From Acetobacteraceae bacterium (GTDB taxonomy: Bacteria; Pseudomonadota; Alphaproteobacteria; Acetobacterales; Acetobacteraceae): a stretch of 24,000 nt of DNA. The DNA lies in NCBI GenBank assembly GCA_965199585.1, contig CBDASI010000002.1, positions 2,649,255-2,673,254 of the forward strand. The letters are read 5' to 3'. The first letter of the stretch is position 1. Every line of letters starts with the position of its first letter. Shown here piece after piece: positions 1 through 9,382 of this stretch. The notes beneath the pieces are model-generated. The model was not told where the DNA came from. It ran no database searches and was given only the letters and a program-made list of their open reading frames with translations. A program made the translations under genes and the position numbers.

Positions 1-1739
1 GCAGCGTCGGGCAACTGGACGGCGACGAAGAAGGCGCCCTGGTCTTCATCCGGTAGGAAGCCGGTCGGCGTGCGCAGGCTCAGGGCGAAGATGCCGGCGA
101 CCGATGCGCCGACCAGGACCAACGAGATAACGGAGAAGCGGATCAGCCGGGTGACGATATTGGCATAGCCGTCGCGGGCCCGGTCGATGCCACGGCCGAT
201 ACGGCCCATGATGCCGCGGCGAGGGCCATGATGCGGACGTAGGAATACGCCGCACAACGCCGGCGACAGCGTCAGCGCGTTGATCGCCGAGACGAGCATA
301 GCGACCGAGATGGTCACCGCGAACTGGCGGAACAGGGTGCCGGAGATGCCGGGGATGAAACCGATCGGCACGAACACCGAGAGCAGCACCAGCGTGATGG
401 CGATGATCGGCGCGGTAATCTGCCCCATCGCCTTCTTCGTCGCCTGCTTGGGGGTGAGGTGCGGCTCCTCCTCCATCACCCGCTCGACGTTCTCGACCAC
501 GACGATGGCGTCGTCCACCACGATGCCGATCGCCAGCACGAGCGCTAAAAGCGAGACGGTGTTGGCCGAGTAGCCGATCGCAAGCAGCACCGCGAAGGTG
601 CCGATCAGGCTGACCGGGACGGCGAAGGTGGGGATCAGCGTCGCGCGGAAATTGCCGAGGAAGACGAACACCACCAGCACGACCAGCACGAAGGCTTCGC
701 CCAGCGTATGGATCACCTCCTCGATCGTGTCGGAGACGAAGTCCGAACTGTTGTAGAAGACGGTGGATTTTAGGCCCTCGGGGAACCGGGTCTGCAGGTC
801 GTTCAACGCAGCCTGCACGCGCTGGCTGGTCTGCACCGCGTTGGCGCCCGGCGCGAGATACACGCCGACGGTGACGGCCGGGTTGCCGTTGAGGCGGCTT
901 TCGCTGTCCTGCGTCGCGGCGCCCAGCTCGACGCGGGCGACGTCGCGCACGCGGAGCAGCGAGCCGTCCGGGTTGGCGCGCAGCACGATGTTACCGAATT
1001 CCTCCGGCGAGGTGAGGCGGCCCTTGGTCTGCAGGTTGATCTGGAACTGCGTGTCGTCGCTCGTCGGCCGGCCGCCGACCCGGCCCACCGGTGCCTGCAC
1101 GTTCTGCTGCTGGATCGCGGTGATGACGTCGTTGGGCGACAAATTGAGGCTGACCAAGCGCGCCGTGTCGAGCCAGATGCGCATCGAATAGTCGAGTGCG
1201 CCGAACAGCGACGCCGAGCCGACGCCGGGCACGCGGCTCAGCCGATCCAGCACGTTGATGGTGACGTAGTTGCTGATGAACAGCGGCGCCTGCTTGGCGC
1301 CCTCGCTGCTGAACGCCAGGAATTCCAGGATCGCCGAGGAACGCTTCTGGACGGTGATGCCCTGGCGCTGCACTTCCTGCGGTAGCCGGGACAGCGCTGC
1401 CTGGACGCGGTTGTTGACGTTGACGGTGTTGATGTCCGGGTTGGTGCCGAGCTCGAAGCTGACGGTCAGGCCGTAGCTGCCGTCGTTGCCCGAGTTGGAC
1501 TTCATGTAGATCATGCGGTCGGCGCCGTTGACCTGTGCCTCCAGCGGCTGCGCGACGGTGGCTTCGACCACGGAGGCCGAGGCGCCGGGATAGCGGGTGG
1601 TGACCTGCACCTGCGGCGGCACGATGTCGGGGAATTGCGCCACCGGGATGCGCAGCATGGCCAGTGCGCCGGCCAGCGTCATGATGATGGCGATGACGAT
1701 CGCCAGGCGGGGACGGTCGACGAAGACGGATGAGATCAT
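1..1739 (-). CDS. RND (HAE1-type, AcrB-like) multidrug efflux permease. This is the N-terminal ~579 codons; the 3' end lies beyond the window start.
   Basis: Manual minus-strand translation from ATG at 1739..1737 gives [67 protein letters not shown]..., the typical AcrB N-terminus. At the window edge the same frame reads ...[19 protein letters not shown], matching the conserved AcrB 'FLPDEDQG' segment. The start lies 1 nt after the adaptor stop codon, consistent with an operon. It is missing from the ORF track only because it is open-ended. Confidence 0.93.
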   Translation of the reverse strand, partial: MISSVFVDRPRLAIVIAIIMTLAGALAMLRIPVAQFPDIVPPQVQVTTRYPGASASVVEATVAQPLEAQVNGADRMIYMKSNSGNDGSYGLTVSFELGTNPDINTVNVNNRVQAALSRLPQEVQRQGITVQKRSSAILEFLAFSSEGAKQAPLFISNYVTINVLDRLSRVPGVGSASLFGALDYSMRIWLDTARLVSLNLSPNDVITAIQQQNVQAPVGRVGGRPTSDDTQFQINLQTKGRLTSPEEFGNIVLRANPDGSLLRVRDVARVELGAATQDSESRLNGNPAVTVGVYLAPGANAVQTSQRVQAALNDLQTRFPEGLKSTVFYNSSDFVSDTIEEVIHTLGEAFVLVVLVVFVFLGNFRATLIPTFAVPVSLIGTFAVLLAIGYSANTVSLLALVLAIGIVVDDAIVVVENVERVMEEEPHLTPKQATKKAMGQITAPIIAITLVLLSVFVPIGFIPGISGTLFRQFAVTISVAMLVSAINALTLSPALCGVFLRPHHGPRRGIMGRIGRGIDRARDGYANIVTRLIRFSVISLVLVGASVAGIFALSLRTPTGFLPDEDQGAFFVAVQLPDA

Positions 1740-1740
1740 C

Positions 1741-2892
1741 TCAGGTCTTCGGCGTGAGGGTAGGGGCGGCTGCCGCCGGGCCGGGATTGACCACGGCGCC
1801 GGGCCGGACGCGCTGCACGCCGTCGACGACGATCATGTCGCCTTCCTTGATGCCGGACGACACTATGGCGGTATCGGGCGTGCTCTGGCCGAGCACGATG
1901 CGGCGTTGCTCGGCCTTGTTGCCGTCGCCGACCACCCAGACATAGTTGCCCTGCTGGTCCGACAGGATGGCCGCGCGGGGGATGCCGATGGCATCGATCG
2001 GGGCGACGCCCTGCAGCAGCACGCTGACGAACTCACCGTCGGTCAGCTCGCGCGAGCCGGACTCGCCGGGCTTGGCGCCGGCGCGGATGGGGTTCGGGAT
2101 GGTGCCGCGCAGGACGACGGTGTCGGTAGTGGTTGCGACCGTGTTGTCGACGTAATTCAGTTTGCCCGGGACCTCGTACATCTTGCCGGTCGGCAGCCGC
2201 AGCTTAATGGTCACCGCGCTGAAACCACCGTTGCTGGCGTATTTGTCGCGCAAATCCAGCGCGGCCCGCAGCGACACCGGGAACACGACGTACATCGGAT
2301 CCTGGCTGACGATGGTCGCCAGCGTGCCGGTGCTGGGGCCGACGACGTTGCCGACGGTGACGCTGGTGCGGCTGATCAGGCCGTCGATCGGGGCTTTGAT
2401 GTCGGTGTAATCGAGGTTGATCTGGGCTTGCCGGAGTTGGGACTGCGCGGCGAGCTGGACGGCTTGGCCGGTGCGCTGGGCCGCGATGGCATCGTCGACC
2501 AGGCTGCGCTGGCCCGCCGGCGTGTTGAGCAGCGACTGGACCCGGCCGAGCTTGAGGCCGTTATTCTGCACCGTGGCCTCGGCCTGGGCGACCGAGGCGG
2601 CCTGGGCGGCGACCTGCGCTTCGAAGGGGCCGCGCTCCAGCTGGTAGAGCAGCTGCCCCGCCTTGACCTCGGAACCCTCGACGAACAGGCGCTTTTCGAT
2701 GAAAGCGGTGACGCGGGGCACGAGGTCGACCCGGTTGATGGCCTGGATGCGGCCCACGAACTCGACTTCCTCGATAACCGAGGTGCGCTTGGCCGAGATG
2801 ACCCCGACAGCGGGCGGCGGCGGCGCGGTTTGCGCCCGCGCTTGGGCGGAGCAGACCAGGAGAACGAGGAGCAGGACCGAGGCAGCGCGCAT
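1741..2892 (-). CDS. RND efflux periplasmic adaptor (membrane fusion protein, AcrA/HlyD family)
   Basis: 383-aa ORF with an N-terminal signal sequence (MRAASVLLLVLLVCSAQARA). It has an alpha-hairpin/coiled-coil segment (FEAQVAAQAASVAQAEATV...LRQAQINLDYTDIKAPIDGLIS) and a lipoyl/beta-barrel layout typical of MFPs. It sits immediately upstream of the RND permease. Confidence 0.92.
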   Translation of the reverse strand: MRAASVLLLVLLVCSAQARAQTAPPPPAVGVISAKRTSVIEEVEFVGRIQAINRVDLVPRVTAFIEKRLFVEGSEVKAGQLLYQLERGPFEAQVAAQAASVAQAEATVQNNGLKLGRVQSLLNTPAGQRSLVDDAIAAQRTGQAVQLAAQSQLRQAQINLDYTDIKAPIDGLISRTSVTVGNVVGPSTGTLATIVSQDPMYVVFPVSLRAALDLRDKYASNGGFSAVTIKLRLPTGKMYEVPGKLNYVDNTVATTTDTVVLRGTIPNPIRAGAKPGESGSRELTDGEFVSVLLQGVAPIDAIGIPRAAILSDQQGNYVWVVGDGNKAEQRRIVLGQSTPDTAIVSSGIKEGDMIVVDGVQRVRPGAVVNPGPAAAAPTLTPKT

Positions 2893-2906
2893 CGTTACGA
2901 TCTACC

Positions 2907-2931
2907 GCGTTTGCTGCACCGCGCCAAACGC
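2907..2931. promoter_or_regulatory. Inverted repeat GCGTTTG-N11-CAAACGC in the divergent intergenic region. It is a candidate operator.
   Basis: Perfect 7-bp arms at 2907-2913 and 2925-2931, read directly. It lies in the 98-bp gap between the RND operon start (2892, minus) and the HMGL-family start (2991, plus). No regulator gene is present in the window. Confidence 0.25.
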
Positions 2932-2990
2932 TCGCTCTTGCATCGGGCGAGCCTGTCATGCGGAGGTGCGCGCAAGGCGGGAGATTCGGG

Positions 2991-3908
2991 ATGGGCGAGC
3001 GTATCACGATTTGCGAGGTGGGGCCGCGTGACGGTCTGCAGATGGCCAAGAGCCGGATGCCGACCGACATCAAGATCGGCTGGATCGAGGCGATGGCCGC
3101 ATCCGGCGTGCCGGAGATCGAGGTCGGCAGCTTCGTGCCGGCAAGAGTGATCCCGTCGATGGCCGACACGGGCGAGGTCGTGCGCGCCGTGCGGCATCTC
3201 CCCTGCGTCATCGTCGCGCTGGCGCCGAATCTGAAAGGTGCGCAGATGGCGGTCGAGGCTGGCGCCCGGCGAATCACGATCCCGGTCAGCGTCAGCGAAG
3301 GCCATAGCCGAGCCAACACCAACCGTACGACGGACGAGGCGATCGCCGAGGTGGGCCGCATCGTGGCCTGGGCGCGCGCGGATGGCCGCGCCATCGAGAT
3401 CGAGGGCGCCTGCTCGACAGCCTTCGGCTGCTCCATCGACGGCGTGGTGCCGACGGAGCGGGTCGTCATGGTTGCCGCGGCACTGGCCGAGGCGGGCGCC
3501 GACATGGTCGCGCTGGCCGACACGGTCGGCTACGCGCATCCGGCGCAGATCCGCGACGTCGTGCGGGCCGTGCGCGGCGCCGTCGGCGACCGGCTCGAAG
3601 GGCTGCACCTGCACGACACGATGGGCCTCGGCCTGGCTAACGCGCTAGCCGGGCTGGAGGAGGGCATCCGCAGCTTCGACGCCTCGCTGGCCGGGCTGGG
3701 CGGCTGCCCTTATGCGCCGGGCGCGTCGGGTAACATCGTGACCGAAGATCTGGTGTTCATGCTGGAAAGCATGGGGTTCACCACGGGGATCGACCTGGAG
3801 CGGCTGGTGGCGGCGCGCGCGTATCTCGAGCAAGGGCTACCCGACGAGGCACGCCATGGCGGCGTGGCCCGCGCCGGCCTCCCACCCACGTTCAGGGCCG
3901 CCGCCTGA
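2991..3908 (+). CDS. Hydroxymethylglutaryl-CoA lyase family protein (HMGL-like, DRE-TIM metallolyase)
   Basis: MGERITICEVGPRDGLQ carries the catalytic R-D. Also present are the metal-binding H-x-H motif (LHLHDTMGLGLANALAGL) and the catalytic-loop motif GLGGCPYAPGASGN. I chose the ATG at 2991 rather than the ORF-track 2958 because GGGAGA (2979-2984) sits 6 nt upstream and homologs start a few residues before EVGPRDGLQ. Confidence 0.88.
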   Translation: MGERITICEVGPRDGLQMAKSRMPTDIKIGWIEAMAASGVPEIEVGSFVPARVIPSMADTGEVVRAVRHLPCVIVALAPNLKGAQMAVEAGARRITIPVSVSEGHSRANTNRTTDEAIAEVGRIVAWARADGRAIEIEGACSTAFGCSIDGVVPTERVVMVAAALAEAGADMVALADTVGYAHPAQIRDVVRAVRGAVGDRLEGLHLHDTMGLGLANALAGLEEGIRSFDASLAGLGGCPYAPGASGNIVTEDLVFMLESMGFTTGIDLERLVAARAYLEQGLPDEARHGGVARAGLPPTFRAAA

Positions 3909-3913
3909 CGACG

Positions 3914-6514
3914 ATGGACAGCCTCTCGCCGACACCGGACGCGGCCGGCGCGTCGCCCACCATGGCGCAGTGGTTCCGGCTCAAGGAGGTCCATCCGGAT
4001 GCGCTGCTGTTCCTGCGCATGGGCGACTTCTACGAACTGTTTTTCGCTGACGCCGAAGCCGCCGCATCGGCGCTCGACATCGTGCTGACCCGGCGCGGCG
4101 AGCATGCCGGCGAGAAGATCCCGATGTGCGGTGTCCCGGTCCACGCCGCCGAGGCCTACCTCTCCCGCCTGATCCGGCGCGGCTTCCGGGTCGCGGTCGC
4201 CGAGCAGATGGAGCCGGCCAAGGGGCGCGCCGGCAAGGGCCCGCTCAAGCGCGAGATCGTCCGCCTGGTCACGCCGGGGACGCTGACCGAGGACAGCCTG
4301 TTGGAAGCGCACCGGCCCAACCTGCTGCTGGCCATCGCGCGGCTCGGCGACCGGCTCGGGGCGGCCTGGCTTGACGTGTCGACCGGGTTGTTCGAGACGG
4401 CCGCGCCGGACGCGGCGGGGCTGACAGCGCTGCTCGGGAAGCTGGAGCCAGCCGAGATCCTGGCGCCCGCCGGGCTGGAGCTGGGTGAGTGGACAGTGCG
4501 GCGGGGGCCGGAGCTGGCGGCGCCAGCGCCGCTGGCGGCCAGCGTGCGGGTGGCCGAGGCGTTCGGGGCGCAGAGCCTGGACGCGTTCGGGGTGTTCAGC
4601 GACGCCGAGGCAGTGGCGGCGGCGCTGGCGCTCGACTACGTGCGGCTGACGCAGGCGGGCAACCTGCCGCGGCTGTCGCGCCCGGTGGCTGCGGGGCTGG
4701 CGGGCGAGATGATGCTCGATGCGGCGACGCGGGCGAGCCTGGAGATCGCGCGGGCGCGCGACGGCGGCGGGCATACGCTGCTGGCCGCGATCGACCGCAC
4801 GCTGACAGCGCCGGGCGCTCGGCTACTGGCGCAGTGGCTGGCCGGGCCGCTGCTCGACGTCGGCGAGATCGCCCGGCGGCAGGATGGCTGGGCCTGGCTG
4901 CTCGACCATGCCGGCCCGCTCGACCGCTTGCGCGCCGAGCTGCGCGGTGTGCCGGACCTGGCGCGGGCGCTAGGCCGATTGGGGGTCGGCCGCGGCACGC
5001 CGCGCGACCTGGCAGCGATCCGCGCCGGCGTGCAGGCGGCGGCCGCGATCGGTGCGCTGCTCGAAGGCGCGCCACTCCCGCTGGCCGCCCTCGCGGTCGA
5101 CCCGGCGGTCCAGGCCGTGCTGGAGCGTGGGCTGGCCGAGTCGGTCCCGGCGCGGCTCGACGATGGCGGGGCCGTCGCCGCCGGATACGACGGCGAGCTG
5201 GATGCCGAGCGGGCGTTGCGGGACGATAGCCGCCGGGTCGTGGCGGGAATGGCGCTGGACTACGCGCAGCGCTTCGGCGTTGCCTCGCTGAAGATCAAGC
5301 ACAACGCCCAGCTCGGCTACGTCATCGAGGCGCCGGCGACCGCGGTCGAGAAGCTACGGGCCGACCCGGCGCTGCAGATGCGCCAGGCGATGACCAACGG
5401 CGCCCGCTTCACCACGGCCGAGTTGGCCGACCTCGACCGGCGCATCGGCGAGGCGGCCGAGCGGGCGGCGGCACGCGAGGCGCTGGTGTTCGGCACCCTG
5501 GTTGCCGCCGCGATGCGTGAAGGCGAGGCCATCGCCGCCGCGGCCGGCGCATTGGCGGCGCTGGACGTGCTGCAGGCCTGCGCCCGGCTGGCCGAGGGCG
5601 GCCGCTGGTGCCGTCCGCGCGTCACGGACGACGCGGCGTTCTGCGTCAGGGCGCTGCGCCACCCGGTGGTGGAAAAGGCGCTGGAGCGGCAGACCGGTGG
5701 CGGTGCGGCGCGGTTCGTGCCGAACGACTGCGACCTGTCGGCGGCCAAGCGGCTGCTGCTGCTGACCGGCCCCAACATGGCCGGCAAGAGCACCTTTCTG
5801 CGGCAGAACGCGCTGGCGGCGGTGCTCGCGCAGGCCGGGCTGCCGGTGCCCGCGGAGAGCGCCGAGATCGGGATCGTCGACCGCCTGTTCAGCCGCGTCG
5901 GCGCCGCCGACGACCTGGCCCGCGGCCGCTCCACCTTCATGGTCGAGATGACCGAGACCGCCGCGATCCTGCACCAGGCCGGGCCGCGCTCGTTGGTGGT
6001 GGTCGATGAGATCGGCCGCGGCACCAGCACGCTGGACGGGCTGTCGATCGCCTGGGCCGTGCTCGAGGCGCTGCACGGTCAGATCCGCTGCCGCACCATC
6101 TTCGCCACGCATTTCCACGAATTGGCGCGGTTGGGGTCGCAGATGCGGCATCTGTGCGCCCACACGATGCGGGTGAAGGAGTGGCGCGGCAGCGTGGTGT
6201 TCCTGCACGAGGTGGCCGAGGGGGCAGCGGGCCGGTCCTGGGGCGTGCATGTGGCGCAGCTCGCCGGGGTGCCGGCGGCGACGGTCAAGCGAGCCGGCGG
6301 GTTGCTGGCGGCGCTGGAGAAGAACGGCCACGGCATGCCGGCGGACCTGCCGCTGTTCGCGCATCTCGAGGATGAGCGGTCGGAGGCGGTGGGGCCGGAG
6401 GCGGACGCGCTGCGCGATGCGGTCGGCGCCATCGATCCGGATCGGCTGACCCCGCGCGAGGCGTTGGAGGCGCTCTACGCGCTCAAGGCGCTCGCCGCCG
6501 AGCCGCCTGAATAG
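3914..6514 (+). CDS. mutS: DNA mismatch repair protein MutS
   Basis: 866 aa. Mismatch-binding motif MGDFYELFFADAE, Walker A GPNMAGKSTFLRQ, Walker B/DEIGRGTS (VVVDEIGRGTST). A C-terminal clamp-binding-like motif ADLPLF is present. It starts 5 nt after the upstream stop. Confidence 0.97.
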   Translation: MDSLSPTPDAAGASPTMAQWFRLKEVHPDALLFLRMGDFYELFFADAEAAASALDIVLTRRGEHAGEKIPMCGVPVHAAEAYLSRLIRRGFRVAVAEQMEPAKGRAGKGPLKREIVRLVTPGTLTEDSLLEAHRPNLLLAIARLGDRLGAAWLDVSTGLFETAAPDAAGLTALLGKLEPAEILAPAGLELGEWTVRRGPELAAPAPLAASVRVAEAFGAQSLDAFGVFSDAEAVAAALALDYVRLTQAGNLPRLSRPVAAGLAGEMMLDAATRASLEIARARDGGGHTLLAAIDRTLTAPGARLLAQWLAGPLLDVGEIARRQDGWAWLLDHAGPLDRLRAELRGVPDLARALGRLGVGRGTPRDLAAIRAGVQAAAAIGALLEGAPLPLAALAVDPAVQAVLERGLAESVPARLDDGGAVAAGYDGELDAERALRDDSRRVVAGMALDYAQRFGVASLKIKHNAQLGYVIEAPATAVEKLRADPALQMRQAMTNGARFTTAELADLDRRIGEAAERAAAREALVFGTLVAAAMREGEAIAAAAGALAALDVLQACARLAEGGRWCRPRVTDDAAFCVRALRHPVVEKALERQTGGGAARFVPNDCDLSAAKRLLLLTGPNMAGKSTFLRQNALAAVLAQAGLPVPAESAEIGIVDRLFSRVGAADDLARGRSTFMVEMTETAAILHQAGPRSLVVVDEIGRGTSTLDGLSIAWAVLEALHGQIRCRTIFATHFHELARLGSQMRHLCAHTMRVKEWRGSVVFLHEVAEGAAGRSWGVHVAQLAGVPAATVKRAGGLLAALEKNGHGMPADLPLFAHLEDERSEAVGPEADALRDAVGAIDPDRLTPREALEALYALKALAAEPPE

Positions 6515-6527
6515 TGTGCGGACTTGG

Positions 6528-6556
6528 TTCCACCTTCAAAGAATAACCCGTAGACT
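6528..6556 (+). promoter_or_regulatory. Candidate sigma70-like promoter TTCCAC-N17-TAGACT upstream of glnD
   Basis: Read directly in the relatively AT-rich 50-bp mutS-glnD spacer. The -10-like hexamer ends 8 nt before the glnD ATG (6565), and no Shine-Dalgarno motif is evident. This is a motif match only. Confidence 0.2.
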
Positions 6557-6564
6557 ACCGTCTG

Positions 6565-9366
6565 ATGACGTTGCCCTCGCCCCTGCCCGAGCATCCGGAG
6601 GATGCGCTCCACATCTTGAAAGCCGCGCTGCTCGACCTTGCGCCGCAAGGCGGCCGGGTCCCGCGCGAGGCGGCCCTGTCGGCATTCCGGCGATACGTCG
6701 CCCGCGTGCAGCACCATGTGCAGGAGCTGTTCGAGACCGGCAACATGCCCGGCCTGCGCGCCGGCCGCCTGCTCGGTGAGCTGACCGACGGCGTGATCGC
6801 GGCGCTGCACGGCTTCGCGCTCGAACAGGAATACGGCGACGAGCCGCATGGCCTGCCGGGGCCGCTTGCGGTGGTGGCGACCGGCGGCTACGGCCGCGGC
6901 GTGCTGGCGCCGTTCAGCGACATCGACTTGCTGTTCATCTCGCCCGAGAAGGCGGTGCCGGGCACGCTCTCGGTCGTCGAGTTCATGCTCTATTTCCTGT
7001 GGGACCTCGGGCTCAAGGTCGGGCACGCGACCCGGTCGGTCGAGGACTGCCTGCACGACGCCGAGCGCGACATGGTCGTCCGCACCTCGATGATCGATGC
7101 CCGCCTGCTGACCGGCGACGAGGCGCTGTTCACCGAGTTTAGCGACCGCTTCGTCGCCTTCTGCCGCGCCGACGGCGCCGGCGCCTTCCTGGCCGCCAAG
7201 CAGGCCGAGCGGGACGCACGACATCGCCGTTACGGCGACAGCCCGTTCCTGGTCGAGCCCAACATCAAGGAGGGCAAGGGCGGTCTGCGCGACCTGCAGA
7301 CGCTTTACTGGATGAGTCGTTACGTGTTCGGCACCCAGGTGATGGGCGAACTGGTCGGTCCCGATAGCCCGGGCGGCGGCATCCTGACTGCCAGCGAGGC
7401 CAAGCACACCCGCCGCTCCTGGTCGTTTCTCTGGACCGTGCGGTTTCACCTGCACTACATCGCCGGCCGCGCCGAGGACCGCCTGACCTTCGACCTGCAG
7501 CCCGTCGTCGGCGCCCGGATGGGCTACACGCGGCATGGCCGTCAGGACGGCGTCGAGCGGTTCATGCGGCATTATTTCCTGACCGCGCGCGAGATCACCC
7601 GCATCACGGTCGTGCTCGAGCCGGCGCTGGTCCGCGCTGCCCTGGGCCCGCCGGCCGCGCAGCCGGAGACCGACCTCGCCTTGTTCCAGCAGGGTTTCAT
7701 CCTGGCCGACGGCAAGCTGATGAGCGCGCCGGGCCGCGATTTCGAGCGCGAGCCGCTCAACATCCTACGCATCCTGCAGACGGCGCGGGACCGGCATCTG
7801 CAACTGCATCCGCTGGCGCTGCGAGCGCTGATCCGGCACGAACGACAGGCCATCGGGCTCCGCTCGGAGAAGGCGGCCGCCGACCTGTTCACCAATCTGC
7901 TCTGCACCGCCGGCGACGGCGCGCGTTGGATGGCGGTGCTGAACGAGACCGGCTTCCTCGGCCGCTTCATCCCCGACTGGGCCCGCATCGTCGGCCAGAT
8001 GCAGTTCGACACCTATCATGTGTTCACCGTCGACGAGCACACCATCGAGGCGCTCCGCGTCATGGATTCGCTCGAGCGCGGCGACCTCAAGGACGTCGCG
8101 CCGATCGCGACTTCGCTGGTCGACGACCTGCAATCCCGCCGCGCGCTCTACGTCGCCACCCTGCTGCACGACATCGCCAAGGGCCGCGGCGGCGACCATT
8201 CCGAGCTCGGCGCCGAAATCGCACTCGAGGTCGGCCCGGCGCTGGGCTTGTCCGGGGAGGAGACCGAGACCGTCAGCTGGCTGGTGCTGCACCACCTGCT
8301 GCTGAGCCAAACCGCCTTCAAGCGGGATATCGACGATCCTAAGACCATCCTCGACCTGGCCGATACCATTCAGTCGCCCGAGCGCCTCAAGCTGCTGCTG
8401 ATCCTGACGGTGGCCGATATGCGCGCCGTGAGCCCCAAAGTGTGGAACGGCTGGAAGGCGATGCTGCTGCGCGAGCTGTATGGCCGGGTCGCCGACGTGT
8501 TGGCCGGCGGGCTGGCGACCACCGAGCGGGACGTGCGTGTCGCGCGCGCCAAGGAGGCCGCCGTCGCGTTGCTCGACGACTGGCCGCAGCCGGACATCCA
8601 GCACTACCTCGAACTCGGCTACCCCGGCTATTGGCTCAGCTTCGACCCGGAGACTCATGCGCGCCACGCCCGCCTGATCCGCGAGGCCGAGGGCCGGAAG
8701 GCGCCGCTGACGGTCGATACGCAGCCGATGCCGGCCCGCGAGGTTACCGAGGTGACGGTCTATACCGCCGACCACGCTGGGCTGTTCAGCCACATCGCCG
8801 GCGCGCTGGCCGTCGCCGGCGCCAGCATCGTCGACGCACGGATCCACACGCTGACCAACGGCAGCGCGCTCGACACGTTCTGGATCCAGGACGCTGCCGG
8901 CGGCATGTTCGACGCGCCGCATCGCCTGGCCCGGCTGCACGTGCTGATCGATCAGGCGCTGTCCGGCCAGCTAGCCATCGCCAGCGAGATCAAGCGCGCC
9001 TCGGCCGCGCTGCTGGGCCGGCGGATGCGCGCCATCCACGTCTCGCCGCGCGTCGTCGTCGACAACCGCGCCAGCCACACCCACACCGTGCTCGAGGTCA
9101 ACGGTCGCGACCGGCCCGGCCTGTTGCACGACGTGACGGCCGCGATCAGCGAGCAGGGGCTGCAGATCGCTAGCGCGCACGTCACCACATATGGCGTGCG
9201 CGCGGTCGACGTCTTCTACGTCAAGGACATCTTTGGCCTAAAGGTCGAGAACGACCGCAAGCTGGCCGTGCTGCGGCAGGCCTTGCTGACCGCGCTGACC
9301 CCGCCGGTGGATCACGCACCGCCGACGCCCGACGCGTCGCGCCGGAACCGCATCGCCGCGGAATAG
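6565..9366 (+). CDS. glnD: Bifunctional [protein-PII] uridylyltransferase / uridylyl-removing enzyme GlnD
   Basis: 933 aa. Nucleotidyltransferase motif GGYGRGVLAPFSDIDLLF, HD domain (LLHDIAKGRGGDHSELG) and two C-terminal ACT-like repeats (EVTVYTADHAGLFSHIAGAL..., VLEVNGRDRPGLLHDVTAAI...). Confidence 0.96.
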   Translation: MTLPSPLPEHPEDALHILKAALLDLAPQGGRVPREAALSAFRRYVARVQHHVQELFETGNMPGLRAGRLLGELTDGVIAALHGFALEQEYGDEPHGLPGPLAVVATGGYGRGVLAPFSDIDLLFISPEKAVPGTLSVVEFMLYFLWDLGLKVGHATRSVEDCLHDAERDMVVRTSMIDARLLTGDEALFTEFSDRFVAFCRADGAGAFLAAKQAERDARHRRYGDSPFLVEPNIKEGKGGLRDLQTLYWMSRYVFGTQVMGELVGPDSPGGGILTASEAKHTRRSWSFLWTVRFHLHYIAGRAEDRLTFDLQPVVGARMGYTRHGRQDGVERFMRHYFLTAREITRITVVLEPALVRAALGPPAAQPETDLALFQQGFILADGKLMSAPGRDFEREPLNILRILQTARDRHLQLHPLALRALIRHERQAIGLRSEKAAADLFTNLLCTAGDGARWMAVLNETGFLGRFIPDWARIVGQMQFDTYHVFTVDEHTIEALRVMDSLERGDLKDVAPIATSLVDDLQSRRALYVATLLHDIAKGRGGDHSELGAEIALEVGPALGLSGEETETVSWLVLHHLLLSQTAFKRDIDDPKTILDLADTIQSPERLKLLLILTVADMRAVSPKVWNGWKAMLLRELYGRVADVLAGGLATTERDVRVARAKEAAVALLDDWPQPDIQHYLELGYPGYWLSFDPETHARHARLIREAEGRKAPLTVDTQPMPAREVTEVTVYTADHAGLFSHIAGALAVAGASIVDARIHTLTNGSALDTFWIQDAAGGMFDAPHRLARLHVLIDQALSGQLAIASEIKRASAALLGRRMRAIHVSPRVVVDNRASHTHTVLEVNGRDRPGLLHDVTAAISEQGLQIASAHVTTYGVRAVDVFYVKDIFGLKVENDRKLAVLRQALLTALTPPVDHAPPTPDASRRNRIAAE

Positions 9367-9382
9367 TCAGACAGGATATCCA

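Noticed and set aside
1597-3150. 517-aa plus-strand ORF overlapping the adaptor gene and the divergent promoter region
   Set aside because: It is antisense to a well-supported MFP gene. Its translation is Arg/Gly/Ala/Asp-rich low-complexity sequence with no recognisable motifs, typical of off-frame ORFs in ~70% GC DNA.
3710-7572. Series of long minus-strand ORFs (3710-4774, 4596-5075, 5354-6364, 6475-7572) antisense to mutS and glnD
   Set aside because: All lie opposite genes with complete family motifs. They have Arg/Pro/Gly/Ala-dominated composition with no domains. They are GC-content artefacts.
7765-8940. 391-aa minus-strand ORF inside glnD
   Set aside because: It is antisense to the HD and ACT region of GlnD. 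It has no motifs and the composition of an artefact.
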